A stretch of 64,000 nt of DNA, taken from assembly GCA_016207165.1 (NCBI GenBank), contig JACQQD010000008.1:112386-176385 (forward strand). The letters run 5' to 3'. This DNA is from Candidatus Micrarchaeota archaeon. GTDB lineage: Archaea > Micrarchaeota > Micrarchaeia > Norongarragalinales > Norongarragalinaceae. Below are positions 55,753 through 64,000 of this stretch, piece after piece (position 1 is the first letter of the stretch; each line of letters begins with the position of its first letter). The position numbers and the translations under genes are program-made. The notes beneath the pieces are model-generated. The model did not search any database. It had not been told where the DNA came from and saw nothing but the letters and a program-made list of their open reading frames with translations.

Positions 55753-55950
55753 TTAAACTTTCTTGGCGTTCTTGGCGCGTGGGCCGCGTTCGGATTGTTC
55801 CACGTCGTATTCGACTTGGTCGCCGACGGCAAACGCGGTGCCCCCCTGGATGGCCGAGGAGTGCACATACACGTCTTTTCCGTCGTCTCCGGTAATGAAC
55901 CCGAACCCGCGGGCGTCGTTGAACATCTTGACTTTTCCTTTCATACTCAA
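55753..55950 (-). CDS. Cold-shock domain protein (CspA family)
   Basis: MKGKVKMFNDARGFGFI...VYVHSSAI. RNP1/RNP2-like motifs. Confidence 0.7.
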   Translation of the reverse strand: MSMKGKVKMFNDARGFGFITGDDGKDVYVHSSAIQGGTAFAVGDQVEYDVEQSERGPRAKNAKKV

Positions 55951-56085
55951 TCACCTAATTTTTCAAAATCAGAAAACAGGTTTTGCTTTCCAACCCAATT
56001 CTTGGGGTGTTGGTGGTATAAATGGCCGACTTTTGGCTTTGTTTCGGGTTTCCGGCGGGCGGGTAATCAAGAAATCAGTCTTTGG

Positions 56086-56379
56086 CTATGCCGCGACCGC
56101 CAGGGCCAAAAATCCGGCAACCGAGATCACAAAAAACCCTGCTCCGTTTTCCATTCCAAGAATTTTTGCGGTTCCCAGGACCAGTGCCAATGCGGCGAAT
56201 AAAGCCAGTCCAACCTGGAGGGAGGCCAAGCCCGTAACGATGCCCATGGTTGCCGCCAACAGCATGCCGGGCGCCCAAAGAAGTGGGCTTGCCGCCGCGT
56301 CGCCGGCTCCCGCATAGCCGAAGAACAGGCCGAGGGTCAACACGACCCAGACGTTTTGGGTGCTGAACAAGGCGCTCAC
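56086..56379 (-). CDS. Small membrane protein (possible)
   Basis: 97 aa, Ala/Gly/Leu-rich hydrophobic. May be a GC-artefact ORF. Confidence 0.25.
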   Translation of the reverse strand: MSALFSTQNVWVVLTLGLFFGYAGAGDAAASPLLWAPGMLLAATMGIVTGLASLQVGLALFAALALVLGTAKILGMENGAGFFVISVAGFLALAVAA

Positions 56380-57335
56380 AAGCCGTTGGCCTCCGAGTCA
56401 AACACGGCATGCGTTTTTTGGATGTAGCGGCTTGGACCGAACTTCTGCTTGAATTGGTGTAGGGACTCAAACTCGCTGCCGCCGAGGTTGGCCGCATTCA
56501 TGCCTTGGGCGTGGGCGCGGCGCAGGGTTTCAAGGACAATGGTTTCGGAAAAGCCCGGAAACCGGTTGGTGGAAATGTTGCAGTAGAGTCCCACGCTTTG
56601 TTTTCCGGTTCGTTCCGCGAGGCTGAAGCCTTCGGGCTTGCCGTCGAGGTAGAATACGTAAGAGAACACGTTTTTTTCGTCGCAGCGCGTGTAGAGGCTT
56701 TCCATGTAGCGGTGGTGCAAGTCCACGGAGTGAAGGAGGAGGGGGTCTCTTCGGATTTTTTCGTCAAACCGGTTGGAAAAATGTCTTTCCCACCCCGATA
56801 GCACGCGCACGGCGTCTTCGTACATGGACGGATGGTAGGGCAGGGCCACCGCGTTTTTGCGTTTTCGGAAATGCGTCGTGGCGTGCCGCAGGCGCTTGAG
56901 GGCCGGTCCTTTCAACGTGACCAATGCGTCCAAGTCCACGATGGTCTGGGGAAACGTGTCTTCGTCGTAACGGTAGTCGGAGTGCCAGCCTTCGTTTGGT
57001 GCGTAGCTTCGGAAATTGTGGCGTTCCAGGAAGGAAAATTCGTTCTCGGAGAGGTTTTTCACGATCACCGGCTTTCCGCTTTTTCGTTCCAGGGTTTCAG
57101 CCAGTTCCGGCACGCGCCCCAATCCTTTAGGTCCGAGCCACTTCGTGATGACGTACGGGGTCTGGTTGGGGTACCGTGTGGTGTAAAGCACCGCGGATTC
57201 GTTCTCTTGGTGGATATACCCGCCGAAAAACGTGCTTTGCATCACGTAGCTCCACGAATCGCTGTAGTCGCCCCCCGGATATTGCTCCGCCAGTTCATTT
57301 CGGTGGTCCGGCGTCAGTTTATGTTTTTCAGCCAT
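56376..57335 (-). CDS. Hypothetical protein, possibly DUF2156/aminoacyl-phosphatidylglycerol-synthase-C-terminal-like
   Basis: 319 aa. Assignment is weak. Confidence 0.3.
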   Translation of the reverse strand: MAEKHKLTPDHRNELAEQYPGGDYSDSWSYVMQSTFFGGYIHQENESAVLYTTRYPNQTPYVITKWLGPKGLGRVPELAETLERKSGKPVIVKNLSENEFSFLERHNFRSYAPNEGWHSDYRYDEDTFPQTIVDLDALVTLKGPALKRLRHATTHFRKRKNAVALPYHPSMYEDAVRVLSGWERHFSNRFDEKIRRDPLLLHSVDLHHRYMESLYTRCDEKNVFSYVFYLDGKPEGFSLAERTGKQSVGLYCNISTNRFPGFSETIVLETLRRAHAQGMNAANLGGSEFESLHQFKQKFGPSRYIQKTHAVFDSEANGL

Positions 57336-57427
57336 GAAATCCTTATACTTGGCCGAGAATAAGATTTTTTGAACGATTTTTTACCTAAAACGGTAAATTT
57401 ATAACCATTTTTTACCCATTATGCTTC

Positions 57428-57934
57428 ATGCGGAGCAAGAACGTGTTGTCGTTGGAGTACGGCCCGAAAGCGGACTTGGACGAGACGGACTGGAAAATTC
57501 TGAAATTGTTGGAGGAGGACGCGCGCATGAGCATCAGCCGCATGGCGCGGCGGTTGAATCTTTCGCGTGACAAAGTCAAATACCGCTTGAAGCGGTTGGT
57601 CTCCGAGAAGATCGTTCTGTCGTTCATGGTCATGACGAACCTGCCGAAACTGGGCTACACGGTGTGGGGCTACATGCACGTTCGTTTTGCCAATCTTACG
57701 CGCAAGCGCGAGCAGGACTTCATCAACCACGTGCGCAGCCACCCGAACATCTTGTTCGCGCATTCGACGCTGGGGGCTTGGGATTTCGGGGTGGAGTTCT
57801 TCGCCAAGGACCCCGGGCATTTTTTCCAACTGCAGAAAGACTTGAAGGAAACGTTTTCCGACATCATCAAGGATGCGGAAACCGGTTCGTTTGTCGACGT
57901 GTACAAGACGTTGTACGTGCCGCCGAGGCCGTAA
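57428..57934 (+). CDS. lrp: Lrp/AsnC-family transcriptional regulator
   Basis: Motifs DWKILKLLEEDARMSISRMARRLNLS (HTH) followed by a RAM domain. Confidence 0.7.
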   Translation: MRSKNVLSLEYGPKADLDETDWKILKLLEEDARMSISRMARRLNLSRDKVKYRLKRLVSEKIVLSFMVMTNLPKLGYTVWGYMHVRFANLTRKREQDFINHVRSHPNILFAHSTLGAWDFGVEFFAKDPGHFFQLQKDLKETFSDIIKDAETGSFVDVYKTLYVPPRP

Positions 57935-57943
57935 TCGTCTTTA

Positions 57944-59281
57944 ATGGGTTTGACTCCAGAGCTTCTGGATATGGCCCCTCTTCCTTTTTCAATTCGAAAA
58001 TTGACTGCGCAGGAGCGTGCACGTCACGAGGAATTCTACCGTTACATGGCGGAAAACCATCCTGACGTGCATGAGGCGCTCATTGAGGGCAAGCGTCCTC
58101 GAATTCCTCCGTACGTCTTGAAGCTCAGTTTTCCGCGCCTTGCTGGCAAACTTAGGGAGTTGCACGCGTTGAATCAGGAACGAGGTACTGGTCTTCAAAT
58201 TGAGGAGCTTGGAAGCTACCTGAATTTCGGTCGGGACAAATGGGAGGCCTTACTGGAACGGCGTTCTCCTTCAAGCGTTTCAAAACCCGGCGAGGTGCCT
58301 GCTGAAGCCACTGGTTCGTCGGGTAACCGAAAGGTCGATTCGCCTCCTGCTCCGGCTTCTCAGAGCCAAAAATCGACGGGTTCTTTACCGGCCGGCGCCG
58401 CCCGTCGGAAAACCCAGACGCCGCCTCCCGCCCAAACCAGTTCCGTCAAGCATCAGTCTGCCGCGCAACAAGTCAAACCAAAGCCGGCTCTTCGGGCGCC
58501 TTCGCGTCCCGCGCCCAAGGAAACGACGCCGGAAGAGGCGTTGGCGCATTTGGAGCAATCCCTGTCTTTGTGGGCCGCGGCGGGTCTGGCGTCCACGCAT
58601 GGGCACAAGGACTTGTCGGATTTGGAGATTGAGGGCCGGGTGGCGGACTTGGTGGCGGATAAAATGGATGCCACGGCGCGCGTTCTTTCTTCTCCCAAAC
58701 TGGTTTCGAGTTTGGCGCGGCGCCTGGAAAAAAGCAGGCTCAAGCCGAGGGAAGTCCTGTATTTTTCAAACCAGGTGCGAAACGCGGTGGAACGGTGGCA
58801 GAGCCAGAGGGCCGGGGAATCTTTTGCCGCGGCAAAGCCTTCCAAGAGGACTTTGAGGGATTCCCTGACTTCGTTTTCCGCGTTGTTGGCGGATCACCGG
58901 AGGAAAATGAAGGATTCATTTCTGCGCTTGAACCGGGATCCGGCCACTTCCGTTGGACAGCTTGAGACGCGTGATTTGGGTGTCTCGATTTCTCATCTTG
59001 CCGAAGACGAGAAACTTCAAGAGGCGTTTCGTGCGGTTCTGAAAAAAGCCTTTGAGGGTTCTTCAACCAGCGGAAGCTTTCTTCTTCGAAAGCACCCCGC
59101 TCTTGTAGACTCCATGAACGCGTCTGGCGGCGACCATTTTTTCAATCTGGTTCACGTCAACGACGCCTTGGTCCAGGAGTTGGGGCATGAACTAACGCGG
59201 TCTGGAGTGTCGGCGGAATCGTTTGACGCGTTTCAGAAAAAACTGTATGCCCGTTACAAGCTGTTTGGCTTGGTCTCTTAG
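57944..59281 (+). CDS. Hypothetical protein with disordered Pro/Ser/Ala-rich centre
   Basis: 445 aa. Confidence 0.4.
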   Translation: MGLTPELLDMAPLPFSIRKLTAQERARHEEFYRYMAENHPDVHEALIEGKRPRIPPYVLKLSFPRLAGKLRELHALNQERGTGLQIEELGSYLNFGRDKWEALLERRSPSSVSKPGEVPAEATGSSGNRKVDSPPAPASQSQKSTGSLPAGAARRKTQTPPPAQTSSVKHQSAAQQVKPKPALRAPSRPAPKETTPEEALAHLEQSLSLWAAAGLASTHGHKDLSDLEIEGRVADLVADKMDATARVLSSPKLVSSLARRLEKSRLKPREVLYFSNQVRNAVERWQSQRAGESFAAAKPSKRTLRDSLTSFSALLADHRRKMKDSFLRLNRDPATSVGQLETRDLGVSISHLAEDEKLQEAFRAVLKKAFEGSSTSGSFLLRKHPALVDSMNASGGDHFFNLVHVNDALVQELGHELTRSGVSAESFDAFQKKLYARYKLFGLVS

Positions 59282-59321
59282 TAGGGAAACTTTGAATAAC
59301 GGGGGCTTTCCTTTTTTTCCC

Positions 59322-59678
59322 ATGGCGGGTTGGCGACTCAAGTTTCATGAATTGGATGGGCGTGGGCAAGACTGGCACGCCCGCTTTTATGAGCAGCTTC
59401 TGCGGCAAGATCCCGAAGCGCATGCCGCTTTGGTCGGACCTCTGAAACCCGTTTTGTCATATCAACTCACTCAGGGCAATGTTTCCAAGGCGGTGGGCTA
59501 TGCCGTGACGCTCCATCGGCTCAACGAAGCGCTTGGTACCGCGGTGCGTTTGGAGGACATGCAATCCCACATCAGCACGGGTTCCAGCCGGTTCATCCCT
59601 CAATTTGAAATGAAGTCCGGGGTAATGGTTCCGGAAGAAATCCGGGTAAAACTAAAAATTGCGCCCCGCCGGCAATAG
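59322..59678 (+). CDS. Hypothetical small protein
   Basis: Internal start MAGWRLKFHE. Confidence 0.25.
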   Translation: MAGWRLKFHELDGRGQDWHARFYEQLLRQDPEAHAALVGPLKPVLSYQLTQGNVSKAVGYAVTLHRLNEALGTAVRLEDMQSHISTGSSRFIPQFEMKSGVMVPEEIRVKLKIAPRRQ

Positions 59679-59692
59679 CTGTTCAGCGGATT

Positions 59693-60304
59693 TCATTTTT
59701 TTTCCGGCTTGGTGAGTTCCGCGAGAAAGTAGCCGGTGTGCACGTGGTCGATGAATTCTTTTCCCATGTGTTCTTCCAGGATGCGTCGGTGGTCCGGTGG
59801 AGGAATGACGAGTCCCGTTTCGTGAAACGTTTCTGGGGCGTGGCTGTCCTTGGTCAACAAATTCATGGCCAGCTGGTTTTCTTTGGCCAACTTTTCCAGG
59901 AATTCGGGTGGCGCGGCGTAGGGCATTAGGGTGTGGCCGACGAGGATGCGGCCGCCGGGTTTAAGCCATTTCGCGGCCAACGCGATAATTTGTTGGGCTC
60001 GCCTTTTGATGTTGGGTTGGTTTAACACGTTGTGGATGTGGATTTCGTCGGCCCGTCCTTCCGGAAAATGGGTTTCTTGCGCGGTTTTCGGGACCACCAG
60101 GACGTGTTGGCGGATGGATTCGAATGCTTTTTTCATTTCTTCGATTAATTCATATTGGTCCGGGTCGGGTTCGATGCAGACGTGGAGTTCGCCGGCTTTA
60201 ATGACGCGGCCTTCTCGTATGCCGGGGAAACGGCTTCCGGGACCGATGTGGACGATGACGGCGCCGGGGTGTTCGCGGATGCGTTGGAGTTGTTCTGGGT
60301 TCAT
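59693..60304 (-). CDS. Hypothetical protein, SAM-methyltransferase-like motif LKPGGRILVGHT. Paralog of 61874..62446.
   Basis: Shares ELHVCIEPD/ALHVCVEQR and LKPGG.LVLVG.T with the second copy. Confidence 0.35.
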   Translation of the reverse strand: MNPEQLQRIREHPGAVIVHIGPGSRFPGIREGRVIKAGELHVCIEPDPDQYELIEEMKKAFESIRQHVLVVPKTAQETHFPEGRADEIHIHNVLNQPNIKRRAQQIIALAAKWLKPGGRILVGHTLMPYAAPPEFLEKLAKENQLAMNLLTKDSHAPETFHETGLVIPPPDHRRILEEHMGKEFIDHVHTGYFLAELTKPEKK

Positions 60305-60307
60305 GCG

Positions 60308-61324
60308 TTAAAACCATTTTTTCAGGGAGGACTGTTTCTCGTCGGCGTTCTGGAAGGCTTTCTCCAGCGTGGTTTGAATGCGGTCTTCGCCGAAATCGTT
60401 TTCGTCCACCATGAATGTTTTGATGCCGGGGATGTCGGCGGGTTTTCGTTTGAGTTGTTCGGCCGTGACCTTTTCGTAGGGCGGGTGTAGGAAGAGTTTT
60501 TCGAGGGGTTCATAGTCGATGGGGGCTTCCAGTTTGGCGTTGATGTCGTCAAAGGATTTGGCGTCTTGGACGAGTTTGAGGGCTTTTTTGGGGCCGATGC
60601 CGTTGATGCCGTCGTTAAAGTCGGTGCCGATGAGGATACCGGCCCACACCAGCTGTTCGTGCGTGAGTTTCAAGGCGTCGAGGTTTTCTTTGAGGTAATA
60701 TATTTCGGGGTGGATTGTGGCGTACTGGTTGCGGCGGGGAAGCTTTCGCCTTCCACTGAAAGTGAGGTTGCGGACGAACGCGGGGGCGCCAAACAAGAGC
60801 GCGTCAAAGTCTTGCGAGGCCACGGCGTCAACTAGTCCTTTCTTCACCATGCCGGCGGCTTGCGCCTCGCCTTCCGAGGGCGCCTGGATCCAGGGCAGGC
60901 CCATCAAGTCCAAGAGTTTCTGGCTTTGTTTGACCATGTCGCGGGTGAGGCGGGCCGTTCGTTGCGCCAGCATGGCGGCTTCTTCCAGGCGGCCTTCTTC
61001 GCGGGCTTTGCGCAATAGCTCTTCGGCTTCCATCTTTTTTTCGACGCGTTCGGCGATGGTCTTGGCTTTCAGTTCGCTTGGGACGCCGTCAAAGACGTAA
61101 ATGGGCGTGATGTTTTTTTCCAGAAGCGCGCAGGTGCGGTAGAAGAGGCCCGAAAGGTGTGACGTGATTTCGCGGTTTTGGTTTTGAAGTGGCGTTCCGT
61201 CGGGTTGGCGGATGATGGTGAGGAATTGGTAAAGCGCATTGTAGGCGTCCACGGCGTAGGTGCCGGAAAGCTGGTCCAAGGTTTTTTCGTGGGCCACGAG
61301 TATGGGTTTGAGTTTTACTCCCAT
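60308..61324 (-). CDS. fen: Flap endonuclease 1
   Basis: N-terminus MGVKLKPIL. Motifs GIGPKKALKL and C-terminal PIP-like QSSLKKWF. Confidence 0.85.
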   Translation of the reverse strand: MGVKLKPILVAHEKTLDQLSGTYAVDAYNALYQFLTIIRQPDGTPLQNQNREITSHLSGLFYRTCALLEKNITPIYVFDGVPSELKAKTIAERVEKKMEAEELLRKAREEGRLEEAAMLAQRTARLTRDMVKQSQKLLDLMGLPWIQAPSEGEAQAAGMVKKGLVDAVASQDFDALLFGAPAFVRNLTFSGRRKLPRRNQYATIHPEIYYLKENLDALKLTHEQLVWAGILIGTDFNDGINGIGPKKALKLVQDAKSFDDINAKLEAPIDYEPLEKLFLHPPYEKVTAEQLKRKPADIPGIKTFMVDENDFGEDRIQTTLEKAFQNADEKQSSLKKWF

Positions 61325-61404
61325 GCGTGGTTTGGTGGTTTGCCGGGTTTATTTTTCTTGGGGATTTCGGAAAGCTTTATAGCGCGTGCGGCAAAGTGGC
61401 TGTC

Positions 61405-61866
61405 ATGGAGTCTTGCCAGGTTTGCGGAAGGGAGGCGGTGGGCGAGGGGTTCGTTGAAGGAGCGAAGGTGCCTTTGTGCAACCGGTGCATTGACCACGCG
61501 TCGAAATTCGACGTGTACGACGACTACAAGCCGCACGCGCCCGAAAAAAAGTTCGTGCCCAAAGCCCAGGTCGTGGAGCGGTTCGTGGATGGCTGGGCGC
61601 AGAAAATCAAGTCGGGCCGGGAAAAGAAGGGCTGGGACCGATTGGAGCTAGGGAAGCGCTTGTTCATTTCGGAGACGGACATCAAGGCGTTTGAGGATGG
61701 AAGGAGAAAGCCGGAGCCGGGCCAGCGCGAGAAAATCGAGAGGGAACTGGGCATTTCGTTGGTGGAGTCGGAGGTCTTGGATTCCGTGGAGAAAACGCAG
61801 ACCGCTCCGCCCAAGCCCGGTCAGGCGTTGACGCTTGGGGATTTAGTCAAGATCAAGAAGAAGTGA
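61405..61866 (+). CDS. Archaeal MBF1-like protein (zinc ribbon plus Cro/C1 HTH)
   Basis: CQVCGRE..CNRC zinc ribbon. C-terminal HTH region GWDRLELGKRLFISETDIKAFE. Confidence 0.55.
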   Translation: MESCQVCGREAVGEGFVEGAKVPLCNRCIDHASKFDVYDDYKPHAPEKKFVPKAQVVERFVDGWAQKIKSGREKKGWDRLELGKRLFISETDIKAFEDGRRKPEPGQREKIERELGISLVESEVLDSVEKTQTAPPKPGQALTLGDLVKIKKK

Positions 61867-61873
61867 CGATGGA

Positions 61874-62446
61874 ATGGGTATCCACCGTTTGCCTTTCCGT
61901 GTCTTGAATTATGAGGGGCCCAAGGTCTTGGCGGTTGGCTCGGGTGAATACTATCCCGGTACGGAACATGGGCCGCCGCTTCTGGATGGCGCACTTCACG
62001 TATGCGTTGAACAGCGTCGTAACATGCATGACGCTTTTCAGCAAATCGGCAACTTGGAGCACGTGGAGCCGATTTGCGGTTCCGTCCAAACCTTTCGCCT
62101 GCCCTCGGATTTTTTCGACCAGGTCCATTTTTTCAACGTGTTCAATTCCTATCCATTTGGCATGAGCTTGTTGCCTTGGATGGAAGACCATTTGGGCGTG
62201 GTCAAGCCGGGTGGACTTGTTTTGGTGGGTAACACGCATACGCCGAATTTGACGTGGATGGACCAAATTGCACCCGTGTTTGCCCGTCGCGGGTTTTCCG
62301 CAGAACAATTGGCGTACTGGGACCCCGCCAAGTCCGAACTGTCCGCTCGTCAGAGGGAGCGTTTTGTGAAGTTCATGGGATCGGGTGTCCTCAATCACAT
62401 CACGCCCGGCGCCGTTCTGGTGGCCTTCAAAAAAAGGAAGGCCTAA
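61874..62446 (+). CDS. Hypothetical protein, paralog of 59693..60304
   Basis: See the paralog at 59693..60304. Confidence 0.35.
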   Translation: MGIHRLPFRVLNYEGPKVLAVGSGEYYPGTEHGPPLLDGALHVCVEQRRNMHDAFQQIGNLEHVEPICGSVQTFRLPSDFFDQVHFFNVFNSYPFGMSLLPWMEDHLGVVKPGGLVLVGNTHTPNLTWMDQIAPVFARRGFSAEQLAYWDPAKSELSARQRERFVKFMGSGVLNHITPGAVLVAFKKRKA

Positions 62447-62524
62447 TGCAATTCGCCAACCACTACCTTTTTCTTGGGCTTTGGGCCTAGGTTTGTTTCT
62501 CCGTTTGGGATTTTGGTTTACTTC

Positions 62525-64000
62525 ATGAAGCACGTCAAGACTTGGTTTTCGCTTGGGTTCGCGTTGGTGCTGGAGGCCATCAGTTTGGGGGCCGTCTTCT
62601 TTACGTCGGCCTCCGACGTGGCGCGGTATTTGGTGTTGGCGGGCGTCGCCGTGCAGGCGATGGCTGTTTATTCGTTGAAGAAGGACCGGCGGGCCGCGTT
62701 TGCCATCACAGCCATTGCGTTGTCGTCCATGATTTGGTTCTTCTATTTGGCGTATTCCACGTTGTCGCTTTGGCCCAAGGTGTTCGGGTGTTTGGGCGTG
62801 TTGGTGGCGACCGGGTTTGCGTTCCACAAGATGACGGGCGTGGACTCGTTTTACGGCTTTTTGATGGTCCGGTCTCTGGCGGGTTTTGACGTGATGAAGT
62901 CCGTGGCCAAAAACCACCCGAAGTTTTCGCGGTGGATCACGGATTTTGGGGCGACCATGACGTTCGGCGTGCCGTGGGGCTTCAAGACGTACGGCGTCCA
63001 ACGGGTTGCCGGGCACGCACTGTTGCTTCTGTTCTTGTTGGGCGTTTTGGTGGTGACGCCGTTTTTCGGCGCGTTTCGGGCGCCTCTTGAAGTCGTGGCC
63101 GCCGTCACGTTGTTGTTCGGCTTCATTGGTTTTGGCTTGCTTTCGCTTTTGTCAAGCGCGTACAACGTGTTGACGGTGCCCAACGCCCCTCCGGGCGTGC
63201 AACTCTTGATTCCGGGGGTGACGCTTCCGTGGGAAAGCGTTTTCGCCATCGCCGTGATTGCCATCGTGCACGAAGTCGCGCACGGGGTTTTGGCGTATGT
63301 GGAGAAGCTGGAGTTGAAGTCGTCGGGTGTGGTGTTGTTTGGTTTCTTGCCCGTGGGCGCGTTTGTCGAGCCGGACGAGGAAAAATTGGATAAGTTGGCG
63401 TTGGAGAAGAAGCGCCGCATCTTGGTGGCCGGCTCCACGTCGAACACGCTTTTTTTCGTGGTTTTCTTCGCGTTGGCCTTTGTCGCGTCGCTTTTGATTC
63501 CGCCGCTTACAGCGGGTGTTCAGGCAGGGATGATTCCCGACAACTCGACGCTTTCCGGGGTTTTAAGCGCGGGTGCCGTGTTGGTGTCTTTGGATGGAAC
63601 GCGGGTGCCGTTGGCGCAGGACGTGTACGCGGCGGCCAACGCCACGCACAATCCGCAAGTGGTTTTTGACGATGGTGGCCGGATTGTTTCCGTGCCGTTG
63701 ATGGAGGTCGTCATCACTTCCGTGAATCCGGGTTACCCGGCGTTTGGGGTTCTGGAGGAGGGCGACCGGATTTTGGCGGTGGACGGCCAGCCCGTGCGGG
63801 TGTTGGGGGATGCCACGCAGGCCATTGCGGGAAAGAGCGAGGGTGACGTGGCGGTGGTGACCACGCCGCGGGGCAACCACTCGGTTTTTTTGGGTGCCGA
63901 GAACCGCATCGGCGTCATGCTGGGCTTGGCGCCGGCGGTGTTGGTGGAAAACACGCCTTTGCCGGGTTTTGAGTGGGCGTACGGGGCCGCCGCGTTCTTG
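62525..64000 (+). CDS. Site-2 protease (M50 family, RseP-like) with PDZ domain, 3' partial
   Basis: HEVAHG (HExxH) inside a TM helix. PDZ-like GDRILAVDGQPV. ORF runs to the window end. Confidence 0.65.
   Translation, partial: MKHVKTWFSLGFALVLEAISLGAVFFTSASDVARYLVLAGVAVQAMAVYSLKKDRRAAFAITAIALSSMIWFFYLAYSTLSLWPKVFGCLGVLVATGFAFHKMTGVDSFYGFLMVRSLAGFDVMKSVAKNHPKFSRWITDFGATMTFGVPWGFKTYGVQRVAGHALLLLFLLGVLVVTPFFGAFRAPLEVVAAVTLLFGFIGFGLLSLLSSAYNVLTVPNAPPGVQLLIPGVTLPWESVFAIAVIAIVHEVAHGVLAYVEKLELKSSGVVLFGFLPVGAFVEPDEEKLDKLALEKKRRILVAGSTSNTLFFVVFFALAFVASLLIPPLTAGVQAGMIPDNSTLSGVLSAGAVLVSLDGTRVPLAQDVYAAANATHNPQVVFDDGGRIVSVPLMEVVITSVNPGYPAFGVLEEGDRILAVDGQPVRVLGDATQAIAGKSEGDVAVVTTPRGNHSVFLGAENRIGVMLGLAPAVLVENTPLPGFEWAYGAAAFL

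Noticed and set aside
61853-63447. Long minus-strand ORFs (387 aa and 198 aa) opposite the site-2 protease gene
   Set aside because: They are Arg/Pro/His-rich antisense translations of a high-GC coding region. The plus strand encodes a coherent HExxH+PDZ membrane protease that is not in the ORF track only because it runs off the window.
1-64000. CRISPR arrays, rRNA genes, transposases or integrases
   Set aside because: No regularly spaced short repeats, no rRNA-like conserved stretches and no DDE or tyrosine-recombinase motifs were seen in any frame.

Overview
This 64 kb window is a high-GC archaeal chromosomal segment. Archaeal identity rests on the HMG-CoA synthase/thiolase/DUF35 operon, aCPSF beta-CASP nuclease, FEN-1, NMD3-like protein, archaeal MBF1, an archaeal-type riboflavin synthase and an intron-containing tRNA.

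The housekeeping core includes:
- a nearly complete mevalonate pathway (HMGR, HMGCS-thiolase-DUF35, MVK, PMK, MVD, IDI-2);
- PEP synthase, thioredoxin reductase, an Lrp regulator, FEN-1 and a site-2 protease;
- a cell-envelope glycosylation cluster (GT4, processive GT2, GT2).

Between these sit several accessory or unusual regions:
- (i) An operon of three paralogous N-terminally anchored surface proteins followed by a 1860-aa signal-peptide protein with several FHA domains and a PP2C phosphatase domain. An AbiE module lies immediately downstream.
- (ii) Two independent arrays of short cassettes bounded by direct repeats. One array repeats the 3' end of a protein gene three times around two PIN/antitoxin modules. 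The other repeats the 3' end of a tRNA-Gly gene three times around Fic, a flavodoxin-like gene, AbrB-PIN and a Fic remnant, with a conserved ~120 bp arm and lower GC. Both look like serial site-specific integrations without a resident integrase.
- (iii) A four-gene minus-strand operon alternating coiled-coil proteins with bitopic membrane proteins of unknown function.
- (iv) A family of conserved intergenic motifs upstream of three unrelated operons, plus a 450 bp intergenic block containing five perfect but unrelated palindromes.

No CRISPR array, rRNA or integrase/transposase gene was seen. All calls are from reading the sequence and ORF translations only. Domain assignments are motif-based and unverified.
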